Below are positions 1 to 7,199 of a DNA stretch of 64,000 nucleotides, piece by piece. The stretch comes from Cyanobacteriota bacterium (GTDB lineage Bacteria; Acidobacteriota; Vicinamibacteria; Vicinamibacterales; UBA2999): NCBI GenBank assembly GCA_019752015.1, contig JAIEMQ010000006.1, positions 8,842 through 72,841 of the forward strand, given 5' to 3'. The notes below the pieces were generated by a model that saw only the letters and a list, made by a program, of their open reading frames with translations, was not told the origin of the DNA and made no database searches. The translations under genes were made by a program, and so were the position numbers. Within the stretch, counting starts at the first letter, position 1, and every line of letters starts with the position of its first letter.

Positions 1-137
1 TTCAACTTCGGATTCAGCTCTTTGATCTTCGAAAGGCAGTCCTCGGTCAGTCTTTCCGACGTAATCTCGCCGCGCGCGACGCGCGCCGTGACTTCACTGA
101 TCGTCGTCACGAGGGGTAGCCTTGTCGGGGTTTTCAT
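1..137 (-). CDS. amidase-signature family protein, N-terminal fragment (continues past window edge)
   Basis: Minus-strand frame too short for the ORF track: MKTPTRLPLVTTISEVTARVARGEITSERLTEDCLSKIKELNPKL... This matches the usual amidase N-terminus (GE.S..EL...L.RI...NP.LN). ATG at 137..135 (alt GTG 110..108). It overlaps the 3' end of the upstream ORF. Confidence 0.5.
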   Translation of the reverse strand, partial: MKTPTRLPLVTTISEVTARVARGEITSERLTEDCLSKIKELNPKL

Positions 138-582
138 TCCAGTCGGCGGCGCGCAGCCGCTCGGATGCCTGGGCCAGGCCTTCGAGCATGGGAATCAGCT
201 CGGGCAGGCCGCGCTTCTCGGCGTCGGCTTTCGCCTGCGCCAGCCATTCAGCGATGGTCATGTTCTCCTCACTATATTTCCTGTCGGCGTCGATCAACAT
301 CCCTCCGGGCCGAAGCAGCGCCACGACCTTGTCGCGCGGCAGATCGACTTGATGCTGGACGATCACGTCGAATGGGCCTCGGACCTTGTGAAGAAAGCGA
401 GCCGGCTCGCCGACGATGACGCTGACGCGGTCGTCGTACCCACCCGATCGCAGCCGATCGCGCGCGGCAGCGGCGGCAGCGGGATCGACTTCCATGGCGA
501 TGAGCAAGCCGTCTTTCGGCAGCGTGGCGGCCAGCGCGAGCGTGACGTCGCCGCGGCCGGCGCCGATTTCAAGGATGCGCAT
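94..582 (-). CDS. short class I SAM-dependent methyltransferase with ~55-aa C-terminal extension
   Basis: Part of ORF 94..864. Motif I LEIGAGRGD follows Met95 (ATG 582..580), then DVIVQH and LLRPGGMLI. The upstream part of the ORF overlaps the pyk start and has no MTase character. An in-frame ATG at 261 is preceded by GAGGAG. Confidence 0.6.
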   Translation of the reverse strand: MRILEIGAGRGDVTLALAATLPKDGLLIAMEVDPAAAAAARDRLRSGGYDDRVSVIVGEPARFLHKVRGPFDVIVQHQVDLPRDKVVALLRPGGMLIDADRKYSEENMTIAEWLAQAKADAEKRGLPELIPMLEGLAQASERLRAADWNENPDKATPRDDDQ

Positions 583-736
583 CAGAAACGCACGCGCGCT
601 CCGCGGTGAAACGATCGCGGCGGCTGCACCGCGGTGAGCCGGCCAGTGGGGTAGACGGCCTGCGCAAGATGGGCGTTCCCCTCGATCACTCCGGCCGCGA
701 TCAGCACTCGAGTGCGCGACATGGGCGCGGTCAGCA

Positions 737-742
737 TAAGCT
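737..742 (+). promoter_or_regulatory. -10-like box TAAGCT, 6 nt upstream of pyk ATG (leaderless candidate)
   Basis: TAAGCT-gatggg-ATG(749). No SD. Confidence 0.4.
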
Positions 743-748
743 GATGGG

Positions 749-2158
749 ATGCGGCATACCAAGATCATCGCCACCGTCGGGCCCGCCTCGTCCGACGCGG
801 CCGTCCTCGACGAGTTGATCGCCGCCGGCGTCGACGTGATGCGCCTGAATTTCTCGCACGGCACCCAGGCCGATCACGCCGCGACCTTCGATCGCATCCG
901 CAAGGCCGCCGAGCGCGCCGATCGCCACGTCGCGATCCTGCAGGACCTCAGCGGGCCGAAGATCCGCACGGGACTGCTCGAAGGCCACAAACCGATCCCG
1001 TTGAAGAAAGGCGAGCCGCTCGTCATCACCATTGGTGACGAGGTCGGGAAACCCGGGCGAGTCTCCACTACATACGGCGAGCTGGCGCTCAAGGTCTCGA
1101 AAGGCGATCACCTCCTGCTGGACGACGGCAAGGTGGAGCTGCTCGTTGAATCGTCGTCTCCGCAGGAGATCCGCACCAAAGTGATCGATGGCGGCGAGCT
1201 CGGCGAGCACAAGGGCATCAACGCGCCGAGCGTGCCGCTGCGCTCCGACATGACCGAGAAGGATCAGCGCGATCTGAAGTTCGGACTCGCGCTTGGGGTC
1301 GACTTCGTCGCGCTCAGCTTCGTCCAGTCAGCCGACGACATCACGCGCGTCAGGGCGATGATGGTCGAGGAGGGGCGCGGCAAAGTGCCGATTGTCGCCA
1401 AGCTCGAACGGCCGGAGGCGATCGACAAGCTCGACGGGATTCTCGATGCCGCCGACGCGGTGATGGTGGCGCGCGGCGACCTCGGGCTCGAGATGCCCCT
1501 CGAACGAGTGCCGCGCGTCCAGAAGGAGATCCTGAGAAAGGCGCGCGCGCTTGGCGTGCCGGTGATCGTCGCGACGCAGGTGCTCGAGTCGATGCGGACC
1601 GAGCCGCGGCCGACGCGCGCGGAAGCGAGCGATGCCGCGGGCGCGGTGGACGGCGGCGCCGACGCGATCATGCTGTCCGGAGAAACCGCGACCGGCGCCT
1701 ACCCGGTGCGGTCGGTCGAAGTGCTCGACGCGATCATTCGCGACACCGAGTCGATTGAATCGACGTTCGGCGAGCGGCGGTCGGGCAGCGCCTCAGTGAA
1801 TCACGTCCGCGCGTTATGCGAAGCGGCGGTGTCGTTGTCGCGGCGCGCCGGCGCCTTCGCGATCGTCGCGGTCACACGTGAAGGTCAGACGGCGAAGATG
1901 CTGTCGGCGATCCGTCCGCAGGCGCTGATCGTCGGCGTCACCGACAAGCTCGACGTCGCCCGCTGCCTCAGCCTGTGGCACGGCGTGATGCCGATGGTCG
2001 GCGACATCGACGGCGACATGGAACAGATCATCACGCGCGTCGTCGAATCCGCGGTGAAACGGATTCAGGCGCCCGAGAACGCGACGATGGTGGTCGTCAA
2101 CACGTCGGTCGATCTCGACCGGGGCTCATCGAACTTCGTCCGTATCCGAAGGGCCTGA
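749..2158 (+). CDS. pyk: pyruvate kinase
   Basis: 469 aa. N-terminus MRHTKIIATVGPAS, then MRLNFSHG, MVARGDLG and a C-terminal regulatory domain. Confidence 0.95.
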   Translation: MRHTKIIATVGPASSDAAVLDELIAAGVDVMRLNFSHGTQADHAATFDRIRKAAERADRHVAILQDLSGPKIRTGLLEGHKPIPLKKGEPLVITIGDEVGKPGRVSTTYGELALKVSKGDHLLLDDGKVELLVESSSPQEIRTKVIDGGELGEHKGINAPSVPLRSDMTEKDQRDLKFGLALGVDFVALSFVQSADDITRVRAMMVEEGRGKVPIVAKLERPEAIDKLDGILDAADAVMVARGDLGLEMPLERVPRVQKEILRKARALGVPVIVATQVLESMRTEPRPTRAEASDAAGAVDGGADAIMLSGETATGAYPVRSVEVLDAIIRDTESIESTFGERRSGSASVNHVRALCEAAVSLSRRAGAFAIVAVTREGQTAKMLSAIRPQALIVGVTDKLDVARCLSLWHGVMPMVGDIDGDMEQIITRVVESAVKRIQAPENATMVVVNTSVDLDRGSSNFVRIRRA

Positions 2159-3589
2159 CACGACACTAGGTTTCTTTCTCGCTGAGAAATAGAACGCCAT
2201 TCCGACAGCAATCAGCGCGGCGGCCTGGCCAATTAGATTGACCTCATAGTTCAGCACGTTCGCTGTCCCAGTAGGCGGGATGAACACGAACCCCATGGCG
2301 ATCAACGTCGTCAGCAATCCACAACCGGCAATCAACCAAGCGCCGGCGGTGCCGCCGGGCAGGACGATGGTGTTCTCGTCGGCCGGCATCGACCTGTCGA
2401 TCGACCGCAACCGAATGAACGACGCGAACAAGTAGAGATACGGCAGGAAGTAGATCAGGATCGTGAGGTTCACCATGATGTCGTAGGCTTCCTGGATCGT
2501 TGTCTCGCCGCCACCGACGGAGATGTACACGCTCGCCAGGAACAGCAGGGTCGTTGCGACCGCTTGCGCGATCAGCGCGATATGCGGCGTCCGGTACTTC
2601 GGATGAAGTCTCGCGAAGGCCGCGGGCATTGCCGCATCCACTCCCGCGGCAAAGGGCACGCGCGCGGCGCCGGCGATCCATGAGCTGGTCCCGCCGATCG
2701 ATCCCACGAACAACAGCAGGCCGATGAACGCGCCCAGCCCGGCAAACCCCAGCCTGCCGCCGACCAGCTCGACGGCGTCGGCGATGCCGCTTCGTTCCGC
2801 CAGTTCGCTGGCCGGAACGGCGACGAGCACCGACGCGGAACTCAGGATGTAAATCGCGGTGATCGCGACACCAGACAGGACAATGCTGCGCGGGATCGTC
2901 TGACGCGGCTCGTAGACTTCCTGTCCGACCATCGACGAGATTTCGAACCCAGAGAACGCGAAGCACAACGACGACCACAGGCTCATCGAGTCGAGCAGGT
3001 TCTCCCGCGGGACCAGTTCAGACGGCGCGAATGAGGTCGCGCTGCCGAACGACACGAACGCAATCGCTCCCGCGGCGATCAGCAGGATCGCCGGGATCCA
3101 CGTGGCGATGGCGCCGAGATGTTGAAGCCACTTGCCGGCCGAGAACCCGAGAATGTTGATGAACGTCGTCAGCCAGAGGAAACCGAGCACGAACGTCACC
3201 GAGAACCAGCGCGCCTCGGCGATCGCCGCGCCCTCCGCGCCCATCGGCACCAGCATGTTCGCGCCGGCGAACAGCAGCAGCGACGGAAAGTAGAACAGGT
3301 TGTTGACCCACATGCACCAGCCGCACACGAAGCCGTGCACCGGACCGAACGCGCGCCGCGCCCACGCGTAGATACCGCCTTGTTCGGGATGGCGGCTGGA
3401 GAGCTCCGCGAGCACGGCGGCGAGCGGAACGAAAAACAGCAGGCACGCGAGAATCCACAGCGTGACCGAGGGCGCGCCAAGACGGGCGCTCCGCGAGATC
3501 CATCGCAGCCCGACAACTGCGACGATATTCATGGCGACCACGTCCCACAGGGTGAGGGACGTGATCAGGCCAGTAATTTTTCTGGTCAT
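2126..3589 (-). CDS. APC-family amino acid/polyamine permease
   Basis: 487 aa, about 12 hydrophobic segments, typical APC N-terminus (LTLWDVVAMNIVAVVG). Convergent 33-nt overlap with pyk. Confidence 0.9.
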   Translation of the reverse strand: MTRKITGLITSLTLWDVVAMNIVAVVGLRWISRSARLGAPSVTLWILACLLFFVPLAAVLAELSSRHPEQGGIYAWARRAFGPVHGFVCGWCMWVNNLFYFPSLLLFAGANMLVPMGAEGAAIAEARWFSVTFVLGFLWLTTFINILGFSAGKWLQHLGAIATWIPAILLIAAGAIAFVSFGSATSFAPSELVPRENLLDSMSLWSSLCFAFSGFEISSMVGQEVYEPRQTIPRSIVLSGVAITAIYILSSASVLVAVPASELAERSGIADAVELVGGRLGFAGLGAFIGLLLFVGSIGGTSSWIAGAARVPFAAGVDAAMPAAFARLHPKYRTPHIALIAQAVATTLLFLASVYISVGGGETTIQEAYDIMVNLTILIYFLPYLYLFASFIRLRSIDRSMPADENTIVLPGGTAGAWLIAGCGLLTTLIAMGFVFIPPTGTANVLNYEVNLIGQAAALIAVGMAFYFSARKKPSVVSGPSDTDEVR

Positions 3590-3593
3590 GGAA

Positions 3594-4115
3594 TCACGAC
3601 TGCGTGCGTGACTCCCGCGCGATCTTGGTGCGTTCGATCTCGCGATCGATGTAGTCCTTCATCTCCAGCAGCGCGCCTTCCCAGCCGCGGCCCATGATCG
3701 TGAAGTAGCGCTCCCACCGCGGGCCGTCGCCTTCGCCGCTCTGCCGGACCGTGAGCATGGTCTGGCGGCCGTTGCCATGTGGGCGGCATTGCACTTCGAG
3801 TGCCATCGGGCCGATCGGATCGCCCTCGGGCGGCTGCCAGTAGGCTTCGGCAAGAAAGAACGCGGCGTTGGGACGATAGTCGATCACGGTGCCGTGAAAC
3901 GATCCGCCGAGCCGGCCGAGGATGTCGTCCTTGAAATCGGTCGATTCCCACTCGATCGCATACATGCCGAGCGGGCGCGGCACCGCGAACGCGCGCGTCA
4001 CTCCCCACCAGCCCTTGAGATCCACGTCGGTGAAAAATGCCTGCATCACCCGCGCCGGCGGCGCCTGGATCAATTGCGTACGCGAGACGTCGAGAATCTT
4101 CGCTTCTGCGGCCAT
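3594..4115 (-). CDS. SRPBCC/AHSA1-like domain protein
   Basis: 173 aa with an Aha1/START-like pattern (APPARVMQAFFTDVDLKGWWG). It ends 4 nt before the downstream permease start. Confidence 0.75.
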   Translation of the reverse strand: MAAEAKILDVSRTQLIQAPPARVMQAFFTDVDLKGWWGVTRAFAVPRPLGMYAIEWESTDFKDDILGRLGGSFHGTVIDYRPNAAFFLAEAYWQPPEGDPIGPMALEVQCRPHGNGRQTMLTVRQSGEGDGPRWERYFTIMGRGWEGALLEMKDYIDREIERTKIARESRTQS

Positions 4116-4134
4116 GGGGACTGGTCGGGAGAGC

Positions 4135-5298
4135 TTACTTATAGCTGAGATATTTTGCCCGAACTTCCTCGAAGGGCTTGCTCTCCCGTTCCCACACCGG
4201 CACTAATTCTTCGGCTTTTTTTCCGCCATCGATGGCAATCCGGAGCGCCGGCGAGCCGGCGAGGATGTCGATGGGCTCTTTTTCGTGCTCGTATTCGTAC
4301 GGCGGCTTCCGCCAGGCGAAGTCGTTCGGACCGGCCGCCTTGATGGCGTCGATCAGCGCGACGCCGGTGAGCACCGGCTTGAACGCCTTTCGATCGAGCA
4401 CGTGAATCTGGCAGCCGCCGCAGGCCTTCTTCGCGTGCTTCTGGAACGTCGGCTCGAACACGGCGGGGCGGAAGTGCACGCCCGGCAGCCGGCGCGCGTT
4501 CATTTCGTCGGCGAACCGCTCCGCCTCGACCCATGGCGCGCCGACCAGCTCGAACGGCCGCGTCGTGCCGCGCGCTTCGGATGCGTTGGTGCCTTCGAAG
4601 AGCACCGTCCCTGGATAGACGATCGCGCTGTCGAGCGTCGGGATGTTCGGCGACGGCATCACGAACGGCAATCCGGTCTGATCGAAGTAGTGCGAGCGCG
4701 ACCAGCCTGCCATCTCGATCACCTCGAGCGGCGCGTTGATCTCGAAGTATTCGTTGAAGAACTTCGCGAGCTCGCCGATCGTCATGCCGTGGCGCATCGG
4801 GATCGGAAACTGCCCGACGAACGATTCGTTGCCCTCGACGAGCATCGGCCCTTCCACGCCGACGCCGCCGATCGGATTCGGCCGATCGCACACGATGATG
4901 TCGACCTTGTGCTTCGCGCAGGCGCGCAGACAGTTCGCCATCGTGTAGATGTAGGTGTAAATGCGGGCGCCGATGTCCTGCAGGTCGATCACCATCGTGT
5001 CGACGTGTCGCAGCATGTCGCTGGTCGGCTCGCGCGTCTCGCTGTAAAGCGAGAACACCGGGACCTTGCGCCGGCAGTCGTTCCCGTGCGGCGTCTCGAT
5101 CATGTTGTCCTGCACGTCGGATCGAAAGCCGTGCTGCGGACCGAAGATCGCGCCTACCGTCACGCCCGGCGTCTTCATCAACGCATCGACGATGTGCGTG
5201 TAATTCGCATCGACCGATGCGGGATTGGAGACAATGCCGACCTTGCGGCCTTTCAGCTGGCCGGAGGCGATCAGGCGCGATGAACCGAGAGTCACCAC
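4135..5298 (-). CDS. DUF1343 family protein (NamZ-like exo-beta-N-acetylmuramidase family)
   Basis: C-terminal 387 aa of ORF 4135..5931: GRKVGIVSNPASV...AIFGPQHGFRSD...DLQDIGARIYTYIYT...CDRPNPIGG. GTG start at 5298 gives the usual family length. The longer ORF is Arg/Pro-rich and overlaps the divergent gene. Confidence 0.85.
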   Translation of the reverse strand: MVTLGSSRLIASGQLKGRKVGIVSNPASVDANYTHIVDALMKTPGVTVGAIFGPQHGFRSDVQDNMIETPHGNDCRRKVPVFSLYSETREPTSDMLRHVDTMVIDLQDIGARIYTYIYTMANCLRACAKHKVDIIVCDRPNPIGGVGVEGPMLVEGNESFVGQFPIPMRHGMTIGELAKFFNEYFEINAPLEVIEMAGWSRSHYFDQTGLPFVMPSPNIPTLDSAIVYPGTVLFEGTNASEARGTTRPFELVGAPWVEAERFADEMNARRLPGVHFRPAVFEPTFQKHAKKACGGCQIHVLDRKAFKPVLTGVALIDAIKAAGPNDFAWRKPPYEYEHEKEPIDILAGSPALRIAIDGGKKAEELVPVWERESKPFEEVRAKYLSYK

Positions 5299-5304
5299 AG
5301 CGGA

Positions 5305-5321
5305 ATTATAGATGTTATAAA
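5305..5321. promoter_or_regulatory. divergent -10 boxes in the 30-bp DUF1343/DUF962 intergenic region
   Basis: Minus strand: TATAAT (5310..5305)-N6-GTG(5298). Plus strand: TATAAA (5316..5321)-N7-ATG(5329). The plus box lacks the final T and a GGGGG run could act as SD instead. Confidence 0.45.
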
Positions 5322-5328
5322 GGGGGCG

Positions 5329-5631
5329 ATGCTCGGCAACCGCCCGATGTCCGACTGGGTCGCGCAGTACGCGACCAGCCATCAACACCCGGTCAACCGG
5401 CTCTGCCACACGTTTGGCATTCCGTTGATCGTGATCTCGATCTTGATGGGAATCGCCGGCATCTTCTACAACGTCCTGCTGTGGCCGGCGCTCGGGGTCT
5501 TCCTCCTCGGCTGGATCCTGCAGTTCATCGGCCATTACTTCGAGGGCGAGCCGCCGGAGTTCTTCAAGGACTGGCGCTTCCTGTTCGTCGGGCTGCGTTG
5601 GTGGCTGGCGAAGATTTCCGGGAAAGCGTAA
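5329..5631 (+). CDS. DUF962 (Mpo1-like) membrane protein
   Basis: 100 aa: YATSHQHPVNRLCHTFGIPLIV plus two further TM segments and HYFEGEPP. Confidence 0.8.
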   Translation: MLGNRPMSDWVAQYATSHQHPVNRLCHTFGIPLIVISILMGIAGIFYNVLLWPALGVFLLGWILQFIGHYFEGEPPEFFKDWRFLFVGLRWWLAKISGKA

Positions 5632-5694
5632 GCCGTCCACGTCGGGCTGCGGAGCGCTCTTCTCGCGAGGGCGCGCCGGCCGCTGCCGACTCTC

Positions 5695-5834
5695 GCGACA
5701 CGGGTAACCACATCTCTTTGCCGGATTGCGCGGCTTCGCTGTGACGCGCGATTTCGACGGACCCAGGGGACTCCGAAATCGCGCGTGCAATCCGTCGCAC
5801 TCGACGTGGTTACAGAATTCTTCGTCCGTGTCGC
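5695..5834. repeat. ~140-nt nested imperfect palindrome (long hairpin) in the 370-bp gap upstream of ogt
   Basis: Paired blocks: GCGACACGG/CCGTGTCGC, GTAACCAC/GTGGTTAC, CGGATTGC/GCAATCCG, ACGCGCGATTTCG/CGAAATCGCGCGT (13 bp perfect, 17-nt loop). Confidence 0.6.
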
Positions 5835-5989
5835 TCGAACGTCGGCCGCGGCCGGCACGCCCGCGCGACGCGCTCCGCGCTGCCAGGGAAGTCGGGGTGG
5901 ACGTCCGATTGTGACCAGCAAATTTCGGCAACCTTTGCGAAAATACTCTGGACGCAAGCGGCGGATCGCCTGCAACCGTCCCGGCCCAT

Positions 5990-5995
5990 TACTGT
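5990..5995 (+). promoter_or_regulatory. -10-like box TACTGT, 7 nt upstream of ogt ATG
   Basis: TACTGT-cataagc-ATG(6003). No SD. Confidence 0.4.
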
Positions 5996-6002
5996 CATAA
6001 GC

Positions 6003-6500
6003 ATGAGCGCGCTCTTCTACACCCAGATCGACGACAGCCCGGTGGGCCCGTTGCTGCTGGCCGGCGATTCAGACGCCTTGCACGTGCTCGCGTTTGGGGC
6101 CGGAACGAGACCCCGCGAAATCGACGCCGCGTGGAAGCTGGATACGAAGGGCGTGCTCGAGGATGTTCGCAACGAGCTCGATCGCTACTTTGCTGGTTCG
6201 CTGAAAAAGTTCTCGACCAGGCTGGCGTTCAACGGGACGTCGTTCCAGAACGCCGTCTGGAAGGAGCTGACCCGCATCCCGTACGGCGAGACGATCAGCT
6301 ATCTCGATCTCGCAAAGAGGATCGGCAAGCCGAAAGCGGTGAGAGCGGTCGGCATGGCGAACGGCGCCAATCCGATCGCGATCATCGTCCCGTGCCATCG
6401 CGTGATCGGATCGAACGGATCGCTGACCGGCTTTGGCGGCGGGCTGCCGACCAAGCGTGCACTGCTGGAGCTTGAAAAAGGTCAACGCACGCTGCTGTGA
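6003..6500 (+). CDS. ogt: methylated-DNA--protein-cysteine methyltransferase
   Basis: 165 aa with active-site motif IVPCHRVIGSNGSLTGFGGG. Confidence 0.95.
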   Translation: MSALFYTQIDDSPVGPLLLAGDSDALHVLAFGAGTRPREIDAAWKLDTKGVLEDVRNELDRYFAGSLKKFSTRLAFNGTSFQNAVWKELTRIPYGETISYLDLAKRIGKPKAVRAVGMANGANPIAIIVPCHRVIGSNGSLTGFGGGLPTKRALLELEKGQRTLL

Positions 6501-6521
6501 TCCCACGGCATTGGTCGGCTC

Positions 6522-6527
6522 TATAAT
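6522..6527 (+). promoter_or_regulatory. consensus -10 box TATAAT, 6 nt upstream of ATG 6534
   Basis: TATAAT-ctcagc-ATG. No SD. Confidence 0.5.
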
Positions 6528-6533
6528 CTCAGC

Positions 6534-6755
6534 ATGAACGATCGCGCACGCTCACGTGCCGGCCGGATCGACGCCCGCGTCTACCCGTCGCTCGCCGCGC
6601 ACGATCGCGACGATGCAGCGTTCTGGGCGTCCATGCCGGTTGCTGAACGGGTGCTGCAGGTGTGGCGGCTCAGCGAAGAGCAGTGGCGGTTGCGCGGCGA
6701 GTTGCCGGATGAATCAGGATTTCCTCGATCTGTTGCGCGCGTTGTCCGCCCATGA
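6534..6755 (+). CDS. small conserved-looking hypothetical protein (73 aa)
   Basis: A perfect TATAAT sits 6 nt upstream. Protein has DRDDAAFWASMPVAERVLQVWRL...PRSVARVVRP. Its last 47 nt overlap the next CDS in another frame. Confidence 0.65.
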   Translation: MNDRARSRAGRIDARVYPSLAAHDRDDAAFWASMPVAERVLQVWRLSEEQWRLRGELPDESGFPRSVARVVRP

Positions 6756-7140
6756 CGTGCGGTTCATGATCGTCGGCGCGTATGCGCTGGCGGTCCATGG
6801 ACGCCCGCGTGCGACCGGAGATCTGGACATCTGGGTCGACGCGACTGCTGACAATGCGGCCGGCGTGATCGCGGCGCTGCAAGAGTTCGGCGCACCGCTG
6901 ACGAACGTCACCGCCGCCGATTTCAGCAGGCCCGGTATCGTCTTTCAAATGGGCTTGCCGCCATATCGGATCGACATCCTGACCGAGTTGACCGGCATCC
7001 AATTCGCGGAGGCGTGGCCGCATCGCGCCCGCGCACCATTTGGCGAGCTCGAGACGGACTACATCGGTCGCGACGCATTCATCCGCAACAAGCGGGCAAC
7101 CGGGCGCGCAAAGGATCTCGGCGATATTGAGGCGCTTTGA
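6709..7140 (+). CDS. nucleotidyltransferase-fold protein (minimal NTase, DUF6036-like)
   Basis: Internal Met52 of ORF 6556..7140: MNQDFLDLLRALSAHDVRFMIVGAYALAVHGRPRATGDLDIWV (G..A...G-x-R-x-T-x-D-L-D NTase signature). The upstream part of the ORF is Cys/Arg-rich noise. Confidence 0.7.
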   Translation: MNQDFLDLLRALSAHDVRFMIVGAYALAVHGRPRATGDLDIWVDATADNAAGVIAALQEFGAPLTNVTAADFSRPGIVFQMGLPPYRIDILTELTGIQFAEAWPHRARAPFGELETDYIGRDAFIRNKRATGRAKDLGDIEAL

Positions 7141-7163
7141 CTCGCGTCGGCGCCTATTCGCGC

Positions 7164-7185
7164 AGGCGCATCTAAAGATGCGCCT
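7164..7185. terminator. hairpin between convergent genes (possible bidirectional terminator)
   Basis: AGGCGCATC-taaa-GATGCGCCT, 9-bp perfect stem. No clear U tract. Confidence 0.4.
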
Positions 7186-7199
7186 CTACGCTTCGGCGT

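Noticed and set aside
5299-5931. N-terminal 211-aa extension of ORF 4135..5931
   Set aside because: It is low-complexity and Arg/Pro-rich, and it overlaps the well-supported divergent DUF962 gene. DUF1343 homology begins at the GTG at 5298, which also has a TATAAT 6 nt upstream.
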